Shown piece by piece: positions 24,157 through 35,714 of a stretch of DNA of 64,000 nt (within the stretch, counting starts at the first letter, position 1; every line of letters begins with the position of its first letter). Made by a program: the position numbers and the translations under genes. Origin of the DNA: Malacoraja senta (taxonomy: Eukaryota); contig CM075992.1 in the NCBI GenBank assembly GCA_038087875.1, positions 2,108,001 through 2,172,000 of the forward strand, in the 5' to 3' direction. The notes beneath the pieces were generated by a model, which did not search any database, was not told the DNA's origin, and saw nothing but the letters and a program-made list of their open reading frames with translations.

Positions 24157-25772
24157 CAGTGGCTTGCAAAGGTTTTCATACCGCTTGAACTTTTCCACAT
24201 TTTGTCACGTTACAACCACAAACGTAAATGTATTTTATTGGGATTTTATGTGATAGACCAACACAAAGTGGTGCATAATTGTGAAGTGGAAGGAAAATGA
24301 TACGTGGTTTTCAAATTTTTTTACAAATAAAAAACTGAAAAGTGTGGCGTGCAAAAGTATTCAGCCCCCCTGAGTCAATACTTTGTAGAACCACCTTTCG
24401 CTGCAATTACAGCTGCAAGTCTTTTGGGGTATGTCTCTACCAGCTTTGCACATCTAGAGTGAAATTTTTGCCCATTCTTCTTTGCAAAATAGCTCAAGCT
24501 CAGTCAGATTGGATGGAGAGAGTCTGTGAACAGCAATTTTCAAGTCTTGCCAGAGATTCTCAATTGGATTTAGGTCTGGACTTTGACTGGGCCATTCTAA
24601 CACATGAATATGCTTTGATCTAAACCATTCCATTGTAGCTCTGGCTGTATGTTTAGGGTTGTTGTCCTGCTGGAAGGTGAACCTCCGCCCCAGTCTCAAG
24701 TCTTTTGCAGGCTCTAACAGGTTTTCTTCCAAGATTGCCCTGTATTTGGCTCCATCCATCTTCCCATCAACTCTGACCAGCTTCCCTGTCCCTGCTGAAG
24801 AAAAGCATCCCCACAGCATGATGCTGCCACCACCATGTTTCACAGTGGGGATGGTGTGTTCAGGGTGATGTGCAGTGTTAGGTTTCCGCCACACATAGCG
24901 TTTTGCATTTAGGCCAAAAACTTCAATTTTGGTCTCATCTGACCAGAGCACCTTCCTCCACATGTTTGCTGTGTCCCCCACATGGCTTGTGGCAAACTGC
25001 AAACGGGACTTCTTATGGCTTTTTTTCAACAATGGCTTTCTTCTTGCCACTCTTCCATAAAGGCCCGATTTGTGGAGTGCACGACTAATAGTTGTCCTGT
25101 GGACAGATTCTCCCACCTGAGCTGTGGATCTCTGCAACTCCTCCAGAGTTACCATGGGCCTCTTGGCTGCTTCTCTGATCAATACTCTCCTTGCCCGGCC
25201 TGTCAGTTTAGGTGGACGGCCATGTCTTGGTAGGTTTGCAGTTGTGCCATACTCTTTCCATTTTCGGATGATGGATTGAACAGTGCTCCGTGAGATGTTC
25301 AAAGCTTGGGATATTTTTTAATAACCTAACCCTGCTTTAAACTTCTCCACAACTTTATCCCTGACCTGTCTGGTGTGTTCCTTGGGCTTCATGATGCTGT
25401 TTGTTCACTAATGTTCTCTAACAAACCTCTGAGGCCTTCACAGAACAGCTGTATTTATACTGAGATTAGATTACACACAAGTGGACTCTATTTACTAATT
25501 AGGTGACTTCTGAAGGCAATTGGTTGCACTGGATTTTATTTAGGGGTATCAGAGTAAAGGGGGCTGAATACTTTTGCACGCCACACTTTTCAGTTTTTTA
25601 TTTGTAAAAAAATTTGAAAACCATGTATCATTTTCCTTCCACTTCACAATTATGCGCCACTTTTGTGTTGGTCTATCACATAAAATCCCAATAAAATACA
25701 TTTACGTTTGTGGTTGTAACGTGACAAAATGTGGAAAAGTTCAAGGGGTATGAATACTTTTGCAAGCCACTA
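24157..25772 (-). mobile_element. Tc1/mariner IR/DR transposon, Passport-like, full length
   Basis: About 213 bp TIRs starting CAGTGGCTTGCAAA with internal direct repeats, set in a (TA)n tract. Confidence 0.95.
24375..25392 (-). pseudogene. Tc1 DD34E transposase (339 aa if repaired)
   Basis: MKPKEHTRQVRDKVVEKFKAGLGY*KIS...; WSDETK, QQD-x34-E; TAA at 25320-25318 and a 2-bp loss near 24460. Confidence 0.92.
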
Positions 25773-25780
25773 TATATATA

Positions 25781-25822
<42 letters not shown>
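25773..25822. repeat. (TA)n microsatellite
   Basis: Direct reading. Confidence 0.9.
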
Positions 25823-25828
<6 letters not shown>

Positions 25829-25920
25829 AAACTATAGACATATAGATATTTTATCAGATCAACTGGGGCTACATGACCTCCTCTTGTTCTGATGCTGCTA
25901 ATCGGCTGTTTGTTTTTCAG

Positions 25921-26008
25921 GATAAAACGCCTTGTCTCCATGTTAGTACCTCAGTGGTGCTGCCAGAGAATCCCAGATCCTAAAATCATCCGTGATCTGC
26001 TCCAGCAG
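25921..26008 (+). CDS. IL27RA: IL27RA-like exon 13 (box1 PQWCCQRIPDP)
   Basis: Box1 motif; cag/gtgaga. Confidence 0.9.
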
Positions 26009-26784
26009 GTGAGAACTTCAATATGTATTAATCAGGTTTTCCATGACGGTTTAGGGAGAACCTGCAATGAAGAATGTTGACGTGTGATACTTGTGGTCCT
26101 TCTTTAAAACTTTACTCTTCAGAAAGCTGTGGATTGACTTTTAACGGTTTGTTAACTGTATTTTGACTGTGACATTTCACTTTAATTGTTCCCAACCCTA
26201 GAATTGTAATTAAAAAATATTCTCATTCAATGCCCACCTTAATTTCTGTCTGGGTTCATCTGCTGCTGCAGAACTTGCATAGACACCACAGCAGCACAGC
26301 ATTTAGTGCTACTGCTTCACAGCAGAAACCTACAGGCCCAAGTTTTATCCTGACCTGGGTGGAGTTTGCACATTCTCCCAGTGACAATGTGGGTTTCCTC
26401 TGAGTGTTCGTTTTTCTCACATCCGAAAGTCATGAAGGATGATTGATTGAAATGGCCATTGTAAATTGCCCCGAGTGTGTTAGTAAATAGTAGAATTTGG
26501 GACAGAAGGAATGAGAATGTGAAGAGATTAAAAAGGGACTAATGTTGGATTCATGTAGATGGGTGGCTGATGGTCAGAGTGGACTTTGTGGGATGAAGAG
26601 CCTGCTTTTGTGCTACACCTCACTATGACTCTCATCGTTTGCCTTTGTCACCTCTAGCCTATTTTAACAAATAACGTGCTGGTCTTCTATCTTTTGCCAT
26701 CTGTAAAAAAGGTTGAACTAATGGTAATGATATAATCTCCATGGTATACCACAAACCTTAGCATCATTCTGCATATATTTTCAG

Positions 26785-27207
26785 AATCATACCACTCCTA
26801 AACATTTTACTATGATTAAGAGTGATCCAGAAATCATTAAAGTGGAAGAGGTTATACCCGAGATCATGATGCAAGTACCTCTGGAAAACAGCAAGAGCTC
26901 AAATGCTGAAGAAATGTTTTGGCCCAACAGCCCCACACTGACAGACGCCAAGAGCTCAAATGCTGAAGATCTGTTTTGGCCAAGCACGCCAACCCGGGAG
27001 GTAGACAACTCTCCACAGGTCACCATTCATTCACATAAAGAATTTGCACTAGAGCCAATCAGCACAGAATTACCAGGAGCAGGAAGAACCTGCAATACCT
27101 CAGGCTATGAGAAACACTTCATACCATCGCAAGAACAACTGCTTGAAGATGAATGGCAATTAAACAATAAAGCGCAATGGCTAGGATTGGTGGAATCCCA
27201 ACAATGA
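26785..27207 (+). CDS. IL27RA: IL27RA-like exon 14 (box2-like IIKVEE, SGYEKHF, stop)
   Basis: In frame with exon 13; GYEKHF motif. Confidence 0.88.
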   Translation, partial: NHTTPKHFTMIKSDPEIIKVEEVIPEIMMQVPLENSKSSNAEEMFWPNSPTLTDAKSSNAEDLFWPSTPTREVDNSPQVTIHSHKEFALEPISTELPGAGRTCNTSGYEKHFIPSQEQLLEDEWQLNNKAQWLGLVESQQ

Positions 27208-27423
27208 AGTTTAACCTTCAAGGTGCCTGGAGAACTTGATTAACCTGCACATTATCTCAGAGTTACTCATGGCTCACTTTATATTACATTTGTATGTGAC
27301 AGTATCTGTGAATTCCAGGATCACTCAGTTGTTCCTCGCTAAATTCAGCTGAGCAAGGAACTGATACTGGGATCCCAAGCCTGAGTGGCTCCAATTCATT
27401 GGCAGCTGTTTAATGGTTAATGC

Positions 27424-27490
27424 AATAAAGCAAGAGTAGAACATTGTAAATAAGTCATTTCCTAAACTTGATGTTCAGCCAATAAATAAA
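27424..27490 (+). terminator. Candidate polyadenylation signals of IL27RA-like gene
   Basis: AATAAA at 27424 and 27481/27485, with T-rich sequence downstream. Confidence 0.5.
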
Positions 27491-28699
27491 TCCTAATTAT
27501 TTTTTATCTCAGACTGAGACTATTATTGACTCATATATCATGCCATTTTATATATATTTTTTACGATGTGTATTCAAACACCTTGATGCCAAACAAAATT
27601 GTCCTGTAAAGTTGGAGATTGCATTTTACCAACAGAGTGGGTCCAACTGATATCCATTCTGTCTACATACACATACTATCTACTAAGCTGGCTATATGCA
27701 TATACCCCTTTCATATATTTCTTGTACTGAAAATGGAGCACAGGTATGATGTGTCATATGATGTATTCATGTGTCAGGACCATACATTAGTCCAGGGCAA
27801 ATGATGGAAGGGGTGTATCACCCCCAAACTACCTACTCGCCCATCTTTCTAACCAAGCAGGTCAAACAGGCAGCTTCAGCTTTGGTAGAGTGCAATTACC
27901 ACAATGCTAGCTCAGAACAATTGAACCTACTATCATCAGAACTACTAAAAATGTTCTAGTCTCTTCAGCCCACTCAATATTTGCACTATCCATCTTTTAG
28001 CATTTGCTCATTTTTGCTCTCTGAAGCAGGCCATGGTTAATAACTCACCATTAGGCATCTTTGTCGGCATGGACGAGTTGGGCCTGGTTCTTATTGCTCC
28101 ATGACCTGCCCCCCTTATTCCTTGCCGCTCCATCCTCTGGAGCTATCAGGCACCTCCCCATGGCTAGATGTAGAAACAAAGAACTGTAGAACCTCATTTA
28201 CACTAAAAAAGATACAAAGTCCTGGAATAACTCAGCTGTTCAGGCAGCATCTCCGGAGAACATGGTTCGGTGACGTTACGGGTCAGAACTCTTCTACAGA
28301 CTTCTTCCTCTCCTCTTCTTCCCCCCATGTCGGTTCAGTCTGGGACAATTGTAAATAATAAGTGTGTAAGGTGGAACTGTAGATGCTGGTTTACACAGAA
28401 GATGCTGGAAACAAAATGCTGGAGTAACTCAATAATAATAATTGTCTTTCTCTCTGTGTGTCTGTAATTGGTTAAACTGATTAAAAAAAACAAAATGGGC
28501 ATGTAGCTCAGCTAAGCTGTATGTGTGTAGGAAGGAGCTGCAGATGCTGGTTCACACGGAAGACAGACACAAAATGCTGGAGTAACTCAGCGGGACAGTC
28601 AGCATCTCTGGAGAGAAGGGATGGGGTGAGAGAAGTTGTGGGTCGAGACCCTTCTTCAGTCTGCAACTTTGCGAAAAGTTTGAAGCTTTGGTTGGAAGT

Positions 28700-28947
28700 G
28701 GCCACTGAGCGCTGCAGCGAGCAGGCCTCAGGCCCGGCATCTGGGCCGTCTCCTAGCAACGGGCGGGCAGCCCCTCCCCCCTCCCTCCCCTCCCTCCCTA
28801 CCTCGGGGTGGGGCTCGAAATGCGCATGCGCGGGGCGCGGCGCCTGCTGGGTAGACGAGGGCCTTCGGTCACGTGGGGGGGCAGCAGCGGCGGCCGGGGT
28901 TGGCGGGAGCGGATTTAAACCGGGGACAGGCGGCGGCGCGAGCGGAG
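28700..28947 (+). promoter_or_regulatory. TNPO2: TNPO2 CpG promoter and non-coding first exon
   Basis: CpG-rich; NRF1-type TGCGCATGCGCG at 28821; E-box CACGTG at 28870; donor GAG|gtgagt after 28947. Confidence 0.7.
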
Positions 28948-28976
28948 GTGAGTGAGGGGGGAGAGAGAGGGAGGGA

Positions 28977-29148
28977 GGGGCCCGGCGGGGGGAGAGAGGG
29001 GGCAACCGGGGCCCGGCGGGGGAGAGAGGGGGCAACCGGGGCCCGGCGGGGGAGAGAGGGGGCAACCGGGGCCCGGCGGGGGAGAGAGGGGGCAACCGGG
29101 ACCCGGCGGGGGAGAGAGGGGGCAACCGGGGCCCGGCGGTGGAGAGAA
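28977..29148 (+). repeat. 30-bp G-rich minisatellite, about 5.5 copies
   Basis: Unit ggggcccggcgggggagagagggggcaacc. Confidence 0.9.
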
Positions 29149-29829
29149 AGACGTGAGGGAGGGAGGTCAGAGAGAGAGAGAGGAGAGATGGGATGAGGGG
29201 GATGAGGGGGACGAGGGGGACGAGGGCCGGGGGGGGGGGAAGAGGCGACGTAGATGAGTGAAGAAGGGGAGAGAGGAGGCTGAGGGGAGAGAGGGAGGTC
29301 TAGACTGTGTGTGTGGGGGGTGACCAAACTTGCCTCTCGGGGGCAGGCTGCGGCGAAGGAGAGAGAAGTTTAGGGGGAGTAGGCCCGAGGGCGGTGATGG
29401 TGAAAAGGGAGGGAGGGAGGGGGGGGGGGGGGCAGCTGGTCAGAAGCAAAGATCATAGAAGGGCTCTATAATCTTTGGTCAGAAAAAGGTGCGCGCTGGC
29501 AGGATGCCCCAGAAGAAGATGTGGGGCCTGCAAGGAGGAGAGAGAGAGAGAGGAGGAAGTGAGAGATCTTGGGTGGGAGAGAGAGAGGAAATAAGGTCCG
29601 AGGTGGGGGTGGGTGGAGTAGTATGAGGCGTGGGAGAGGAGGTTAGAGTAAGGAATATCTTCGAGGAGGGAGAGTAGGATATAACGAAGATGTGGGTCCT
29701 GTGATTTTTTTTGGGGGGTGGGGGGGGGGGGGGAAGAAGGGTGGGGATTCAGAGTTTTAAGAAGGAACTGCAGATGCTGGAAAATCGAAGGTAGACAAAA
29801 GTGCTGGAGAAACTCAGCGGGTGCAGACA

Positions 29830-29861
29830 GTCTGAAGAAGGGTTTCGGCCCGAAACGTTGC
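29830..29861 (+). ncRNA. Minimal type I hammerhead ribozyme motif (sense in TNPO2 intron 1)
   Basis: GU CUGAAGA A GGGU UUCG GCCC GAAA CG UU GC within hairpin repeat 29757-29924. Confidence 0.65.
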
Positions 29862-31650
29862 CTGTTTACTTCGCTCCATAGATGCTGCTGCACCCGCTGA
29901 GTTTCTCCAGCACTTTTGTCTACCTGGGGATTAGGAGATGTGAGAACTTGGAGGAAGGGAGGCTCAGAGGTGTGAGGCCCAGGGTGGATGTGTGTGGTGA
30001 GAAATAAGGAACATCTCAGTTGTAGGGGAAGAGTTGGATCCTCTGAGATGTGCCCCCCCCCCCCCCAACAACAAGTAGTGATTTGGGGGGGGGGGGCAAT
30101 GAGGACCCCCAGGGTGGTGGCGAGGGAGAGGAGGGAGGCTCTGGTGCTTACGGTTCTGGATGGTGGTGGTGGAGGAGGAGAGAATCTGGCGTGGGGCCGT
30201 GGAGGGAGGAGGATAAGGCTCCGACGTATGGGGCCATGTGAGGGCGGTGGTTTTGAGTTGAGCCCTGGTAGAGGAGAAGAGCTGGTAGAATGGAGGAGGC
30301 GGCCTGGATATAGCTCAAGGAAATATAGCCTGAGGTGAATTGTTTTTGTTTTGGGGAGTGGATTAATAGGCACGAGTCTGGGAGAGGCGGATGTAATACT
30401 AGGCCCAGGCCCGAAATACCTATAAGCTTCGGCCTGGGGTGGGCGGGAGTTCAGGCCCAGACAGGGAAAGATTTAGGCCTTGGTCAGGAAGATAAATATT
30501 TACATTTTGGCCATTAGAGGTTTTGGGGTTGAGGATAGGAATCACAGGGCGAGGAGTGAGGGGACATAAACGCGAGAGGAAACTGAAGGCTGGTCCGGAG
30601 AGCGGGACACGAGTGGTAGCGCGGGGCCTGCAGAGATAAGGGGCTGACGGCCCGGTAAAGCGATGCGGAAGAAGGTGGGTGCCCATGCCCGGTTAGGTCG
30701 CAGAACATTTGCAAAGGGTGCTGCGATGGTGGAGTTTGGGTCCAGATGGGTGCGTGTGTTTGTGGGGGAAGTAGAAGCGACCCCAACCTTGATCGAGTAA
30801 CGATGGAGGAGAAAAGGGAAGAGACGGTAACGCGAGCTGGGATGGGGAGAATGAGCATCAGATCCGTGAAAGAGGGAGGGGGTAGTTTGTGTCGGGAAAA
30901 AGATAGGGCTGGTTGTGAGATTGAGAGCAGGCGCTCGATCCAGTGAGTGAGAGAGCAAGACTGGGCTGAGGAAGGTCAGGGACAGGCCACCGATCAGCAG
31001 GGCCTGCCTGTAATGTGAGTGCGACATGGAAGACCGCCGCCTGAGGCTAGATTGCGTGTGGCTGGCTTCATCTTTTAGCTGAGATTGAGGCCTCCACTTC
31101 TGCAGGTTTCGGGCCTCGCTCGCCTTATTCCGCTTACCGCCTGTAGGCGGAGCCGCACGCATCCTTATGGGCGGCCGCCTGAGCCCAGGCTCTGGACACC
31201 CGAACCCCGGGCGAAGTTGGTTTGTTTGGCAAAGTCTGGCCTCCGTTTGGGCTGATTTCAGGTTCTAAACCCGGTTTCTAATCCGTTGCACCATGACCCG
31301 GTCCGCCTCATTGGTTCCTGTTCATCTTCCTGAAGATAACTGGAGAGATTAATGTGAACAAAGGTGCTGATGTCTGTACACAAACTGTGGGCCTTAGTGA
31401 ACTAAACATCCTTTTGAGGGGTGATCTGCTGTGCGTGTTGTGTGAGCACTTTGTGAGCTAATTATCTGAAGATGTGGTTCAGAATATACGTTTTTTAATG
31501 CCTACATTTTTACAACCATATAACCATTACAGCACAGAAACAGGCCATCTCGGCCCTTCAAGTCCGTGCCGAAACAACGTAGCTCAAACAAATTTAAATT
31601 TTCATAGGCATTTGCGCTTTTCCGCTTGGACCAGTCTACTCAATTAAGGG

Positions 31651-31807
31651 TTTAAGAAGGAACTGCAGATGCTGGAAAATCGAAGGTAGACAAAAATGCT
31701 GGAGAAACTCAGCGGGTGAGGCAGCATCTATGGAGCGTTCACTCTGATAGATCTTCGCTCCATAGATGCTGCCTCACCCGCTGAGTTTCTCCAGCATTTT
31801 TGTCTAC
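31651..31807. mobile_element. PLE-derived hairpin insertion (perfect 52-bp inverted repeat)
   Basis: 31686-31737 vs 31756-31807. Confidence 0.85.
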
Positions 31808-33858
31808 TCAATTAGGGGATATTTTTTCTGGCTTTGTGAGATCCATAACCTGTAGTGTACATTCTGTTGATTGAAAGATTGTCCAGTAAAGCGTAGATTC
31901 TAATTCATACCTTGTGTTATAATCCGTAAAATAGATTTTGAGATTGTTCTTGAAATGAGTATGCTTTTAAGTGAGAGTGAATCCATTGTAAGCAGCTAAA
32001 GTGAAGAACCGGTGAATATAGACATGTTAAAGATGCACAACAAGGTGATGTCGCTTTGGAACACTTTTTAGAACTGCTGAACAATTGGATTCACTTTGTC
32101 ACAGGGAGCGATATAGTCAGAGACATTTTGGGACCAAAACAAAGTGGTTTCACAAAACAATTTCTGGTGTTGAAGTGTTGCAAGCAATCCTGTTACCAGG
32201 CCCTTTGTTTAAAAATATAAAGGGCAGCTTGTAATAGGCCATAATTATACTGTGAGACTAAAGAGTAAGCAAATAACTATCGTTTACCTGTAGCAGTTAT
32301 TCTCCGGATTTACAGACTTGGTTCCTCAATGCCAGAAGCTTCTCTTCATCAGTGTAGCAGATTCTTCCAATATCCAATGCTAATGGATTGATATCATTCA
32401 GTTTAGCCTCTAATCATTCATATCTGCCAGCTATATATACACCGTGATAAACTAGAAACCAAGACTTTTGTGCTACAGCGAACTCGTAGGCTTTTTGTGG
32501 CCAATATTTTTCATCTGCCTGCAGGGCAAAATTAATTTGGGTAGGATCTCATAGTTAAAGCCAGATTCCATTCACTTCTGAAGTTCAGATGGATATCACC
32601 TAAGAACAGGAACTCCCCAGTTCAGTGGAGCATAGCAGAAACGGTGCTGGCCAGTGTGGAGCGTTGTATCAGCTTCTTGGGTGAGGGGATTATACTGGGA
32701 ATGGATCAGATGCTTGGTGTAGTCTTTTGTCAACTATGGTCGACCTTGAAACTGTTTAAAGCCATTCCGCATTATGTATTATTCAATGTCATCCTGTGGA
32801 ACAGCTAAAGTGCTTGATTGTTTCAAATATGGCAAATAATGTGCAGCTCTTTGATCCTGAGGGTGCGAACACCACACTAGTTAATGGCCACACCATATGG
32901 TTTCTGTAGGCTGAAGTAGTTGGGGCACTTTTTCTGAAAGGGCTATTTGAACCCAAACTGGCAGCATGGTGAGACAGCTGGTGGTGCTGCTGCCTCACAG
33001 CACCAGGAGCACTAGTTCAATCCTCTTGACCAAAGTCTCCCTGTTCTAGTTTCTTCCACATCCCAAAGACTTTGTAGGTTAATTGGCCTCTGTAAATTTC
33101 CCCTAGTGTGTAGTGAGTGAATGTGAGAGTGGAATAACGGAAATTGTGTGAACAGATGATGGATGGTCGCGGTGCACATTGTTGGGCTGAGAGGTCGGTT
33201 CCATGCTGTATTTTTCATTCATTCAATCAGTCAATCAAAACTGATAGTAGACACAAATGCTGGAGTAACTCAGTGGGACAGGCAATATCTCTGGAAAGAA
33301 GGAATGAGATGCTGGCTGTCCCGCTGAGTTACTCCAGCATTTTGTGTCTACCTTTGATTTAAACCAGTATCTGCAGTTCTTTCTTACACATATTAATTAA
33401 AACTGATAGTTTCAGTGAGTTTGTTTAGCAATCCACAGCTTCTCTGGGGGCTCGAGTGTTGTGGTGTTGATTAATTATCAGTTGCTTTTCATTAGTTTGG
33501 GCTTTCAGGATTCGTGTGCAATCTATAATTTTTGTTTTTGTTGAACGCTTCTGCTATATTCTCAGCTACATAAGCATTAGGTTACATGAGAATCACGAAG
33601 AGCAGTGTGGGGAGCCTTGAGTGATGACTGTTTCCACCCAATATTAATTGCATCCTTTAATTAGTGGAGGTGTCTGCGGCATTTTCTATTAAGCAGGCTA
33701 AGAGTGATTGTTTTTGTCCCTTTTGATTTGAGATGATCCTATTTGCTCCCAGCATTGCACCTTCATACTCAGCAGTCAAAGAACACCTTTAGCCGTGTTT
33801 TGTTTCTCTGCTGTCCAATTTGATTTTCCTCTGCGAAAGTTATACAGTTAAAAACTGA

Positions 33859-34095
<237 letters not shown>

Positions 34096-35182
34096 TGAAT
34101 CTGTCCAACAGTTCACTTGTCTAAACCCAACCATACTCTGGCCACTTGGTTTGTGTCTCTGGTCCATCAGCTGTCAGTTTATTCTACAATGTTGGAGTGA
34201 ATTTTATGGATTAGTGTGTGATTGTTCTTTTCGGCTGTGTTTTGTGTAGTCTTTGGTTTACCAGATTGTTACATATGCGTGGAGAAAAGAATGTCCATGT
34301 ATAAAAATGCGGGTTTATTCAGTGCTCCAAGGAATAGAGACCCAGCCTACTCGACCTCACCCTATAATCCAGACCCTCTAGTTCTGGCAACATTCTCGTA
34401 AATCTTCTCTGTACCTGTTCCCAGTCCAACCTGGCCAGGACCTACACAGTGAACAATAGTGGTCTGAGTAGTATTGTAGAACAGAGAGATCGAGGAATGC
34501 AGGTGGAGTCGCAGGTAGATCGGGTGGTCAAAAAGGCTTTTGGCACATTGGCCTTCATCAGTCAGAGTATAGAAGTTGGGAGGTCATGATGCAGTTGTGT
34601 AAGACGTTGGTGAGGCCGCATTCAGAGTATTGTGTTCAGTTCTGAGCACCGTGTTACAGAGTTTGAGTAGGAACAAGTTATTGTGAACAGTTATGTTAGT
34701 GGGAATGGTTGGCAAACTCTGGATTTCTATGTTGACAAAGATTGCATTTTGAAATCATTCACCTTGGGCCAATTTCCAATTAGAATGTTTTCTAAATGGT
34801 AATACCAGGAACTGTGGGGAGAATTGTATTTGGGTCGGTGGCTACAAATGAATAAAAGTTATTGCAATTGGAACGCCAAATGAGGAATTTCTGATTGTAT
34901 CAGATTTTGTTCATCCACCATCTGACTATTGTCTTGAACTCTGCCTCTGAGGTGATGGTATAAAATGTGTTTGAAGATAATCATAAATTTGTTTTAAGAT
35001 TTGTTTAATTTCTGTTGGATATATAGTTAAACGGTGTTTCATTTTGATTAAATGCATTCAACTCCGGGGAATAAAGAAGCATTTTTAAATTCAGTAAAAT
35101 TATTCTAGAGTGAAGTGATGGGACAGTTGTCATCTCTAGAAACATAGGATTCCCTTCCCAAAAGACTGGTGATTTTAGGTAG

Positions 35183-35368
<186 letters not shown>

Positions 35369-35564
35369 TAATAAAAAGTTATCTATTCTGTAAGAAAAAT
35401 GTTTTAATTTCCACTTTGCGTCACTGTTTGGCAGAGCATGGCTGAATCTTCAAGATGTGACTTAGAAACTATTCGCTGCTTGATAGAGCAGAACTGTTGT
35501 GCGCTGTGATGCTGTATTCAGGGCAATTTCATCAAATAACATTTTGTTGTTTCTCCGCTTTCAG

Positions 35565-35714
35565 ATGAACCAACACGGTCCCTCAGTGGCCTCATTCTCA
35601 AGAACAATGTGAAGGCTCACTATCAGAGTTTCCCCCAGGGAGTTGCCGAGTTCATCAAACAGGAGTGTTTAAATAACATAGGAGATGCCTCTCCACTCAT
35701 CCGAGCAACTATAG
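35565..35714 (+). CDS. TNPO2: TNPO2 coding exon 3
   Basis: [20 protein letters not shown]...IRATI. Confidence 0.95.

Larger units (their letters stand above)
7338..27207 (+). other. IL27RA: Gene span: interleukin-27 receptor alpha (WSX-1)-like cytokine receptor, 14 coding exons, about 701 aa
   Basis: All exons have AG/GT ends and compatible phases (sum 2106 nt). C-x10-C-x-W, no Ig domain, no second Cys pair, WSDWS, 3 FNIII, TM, PQWCCQRIPDP box1, SGYEKHF. Confidence 0.8.

Noticed and set aside
28508-29327. Gly/Pro/Arg-rich repetitive ORFs (collagen-like GERGQPGPGG)
   Set aside because: Translations of the 30-bp minisatellite and GC-rich promoter, open in several frames
29453-31162. Long minus-strand ORFs of 306 and 206 aa
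   Set aside because: Low-complexity products of a purine-skewed GC-rich intron plus a repeat insertion; no domain similarity recognised
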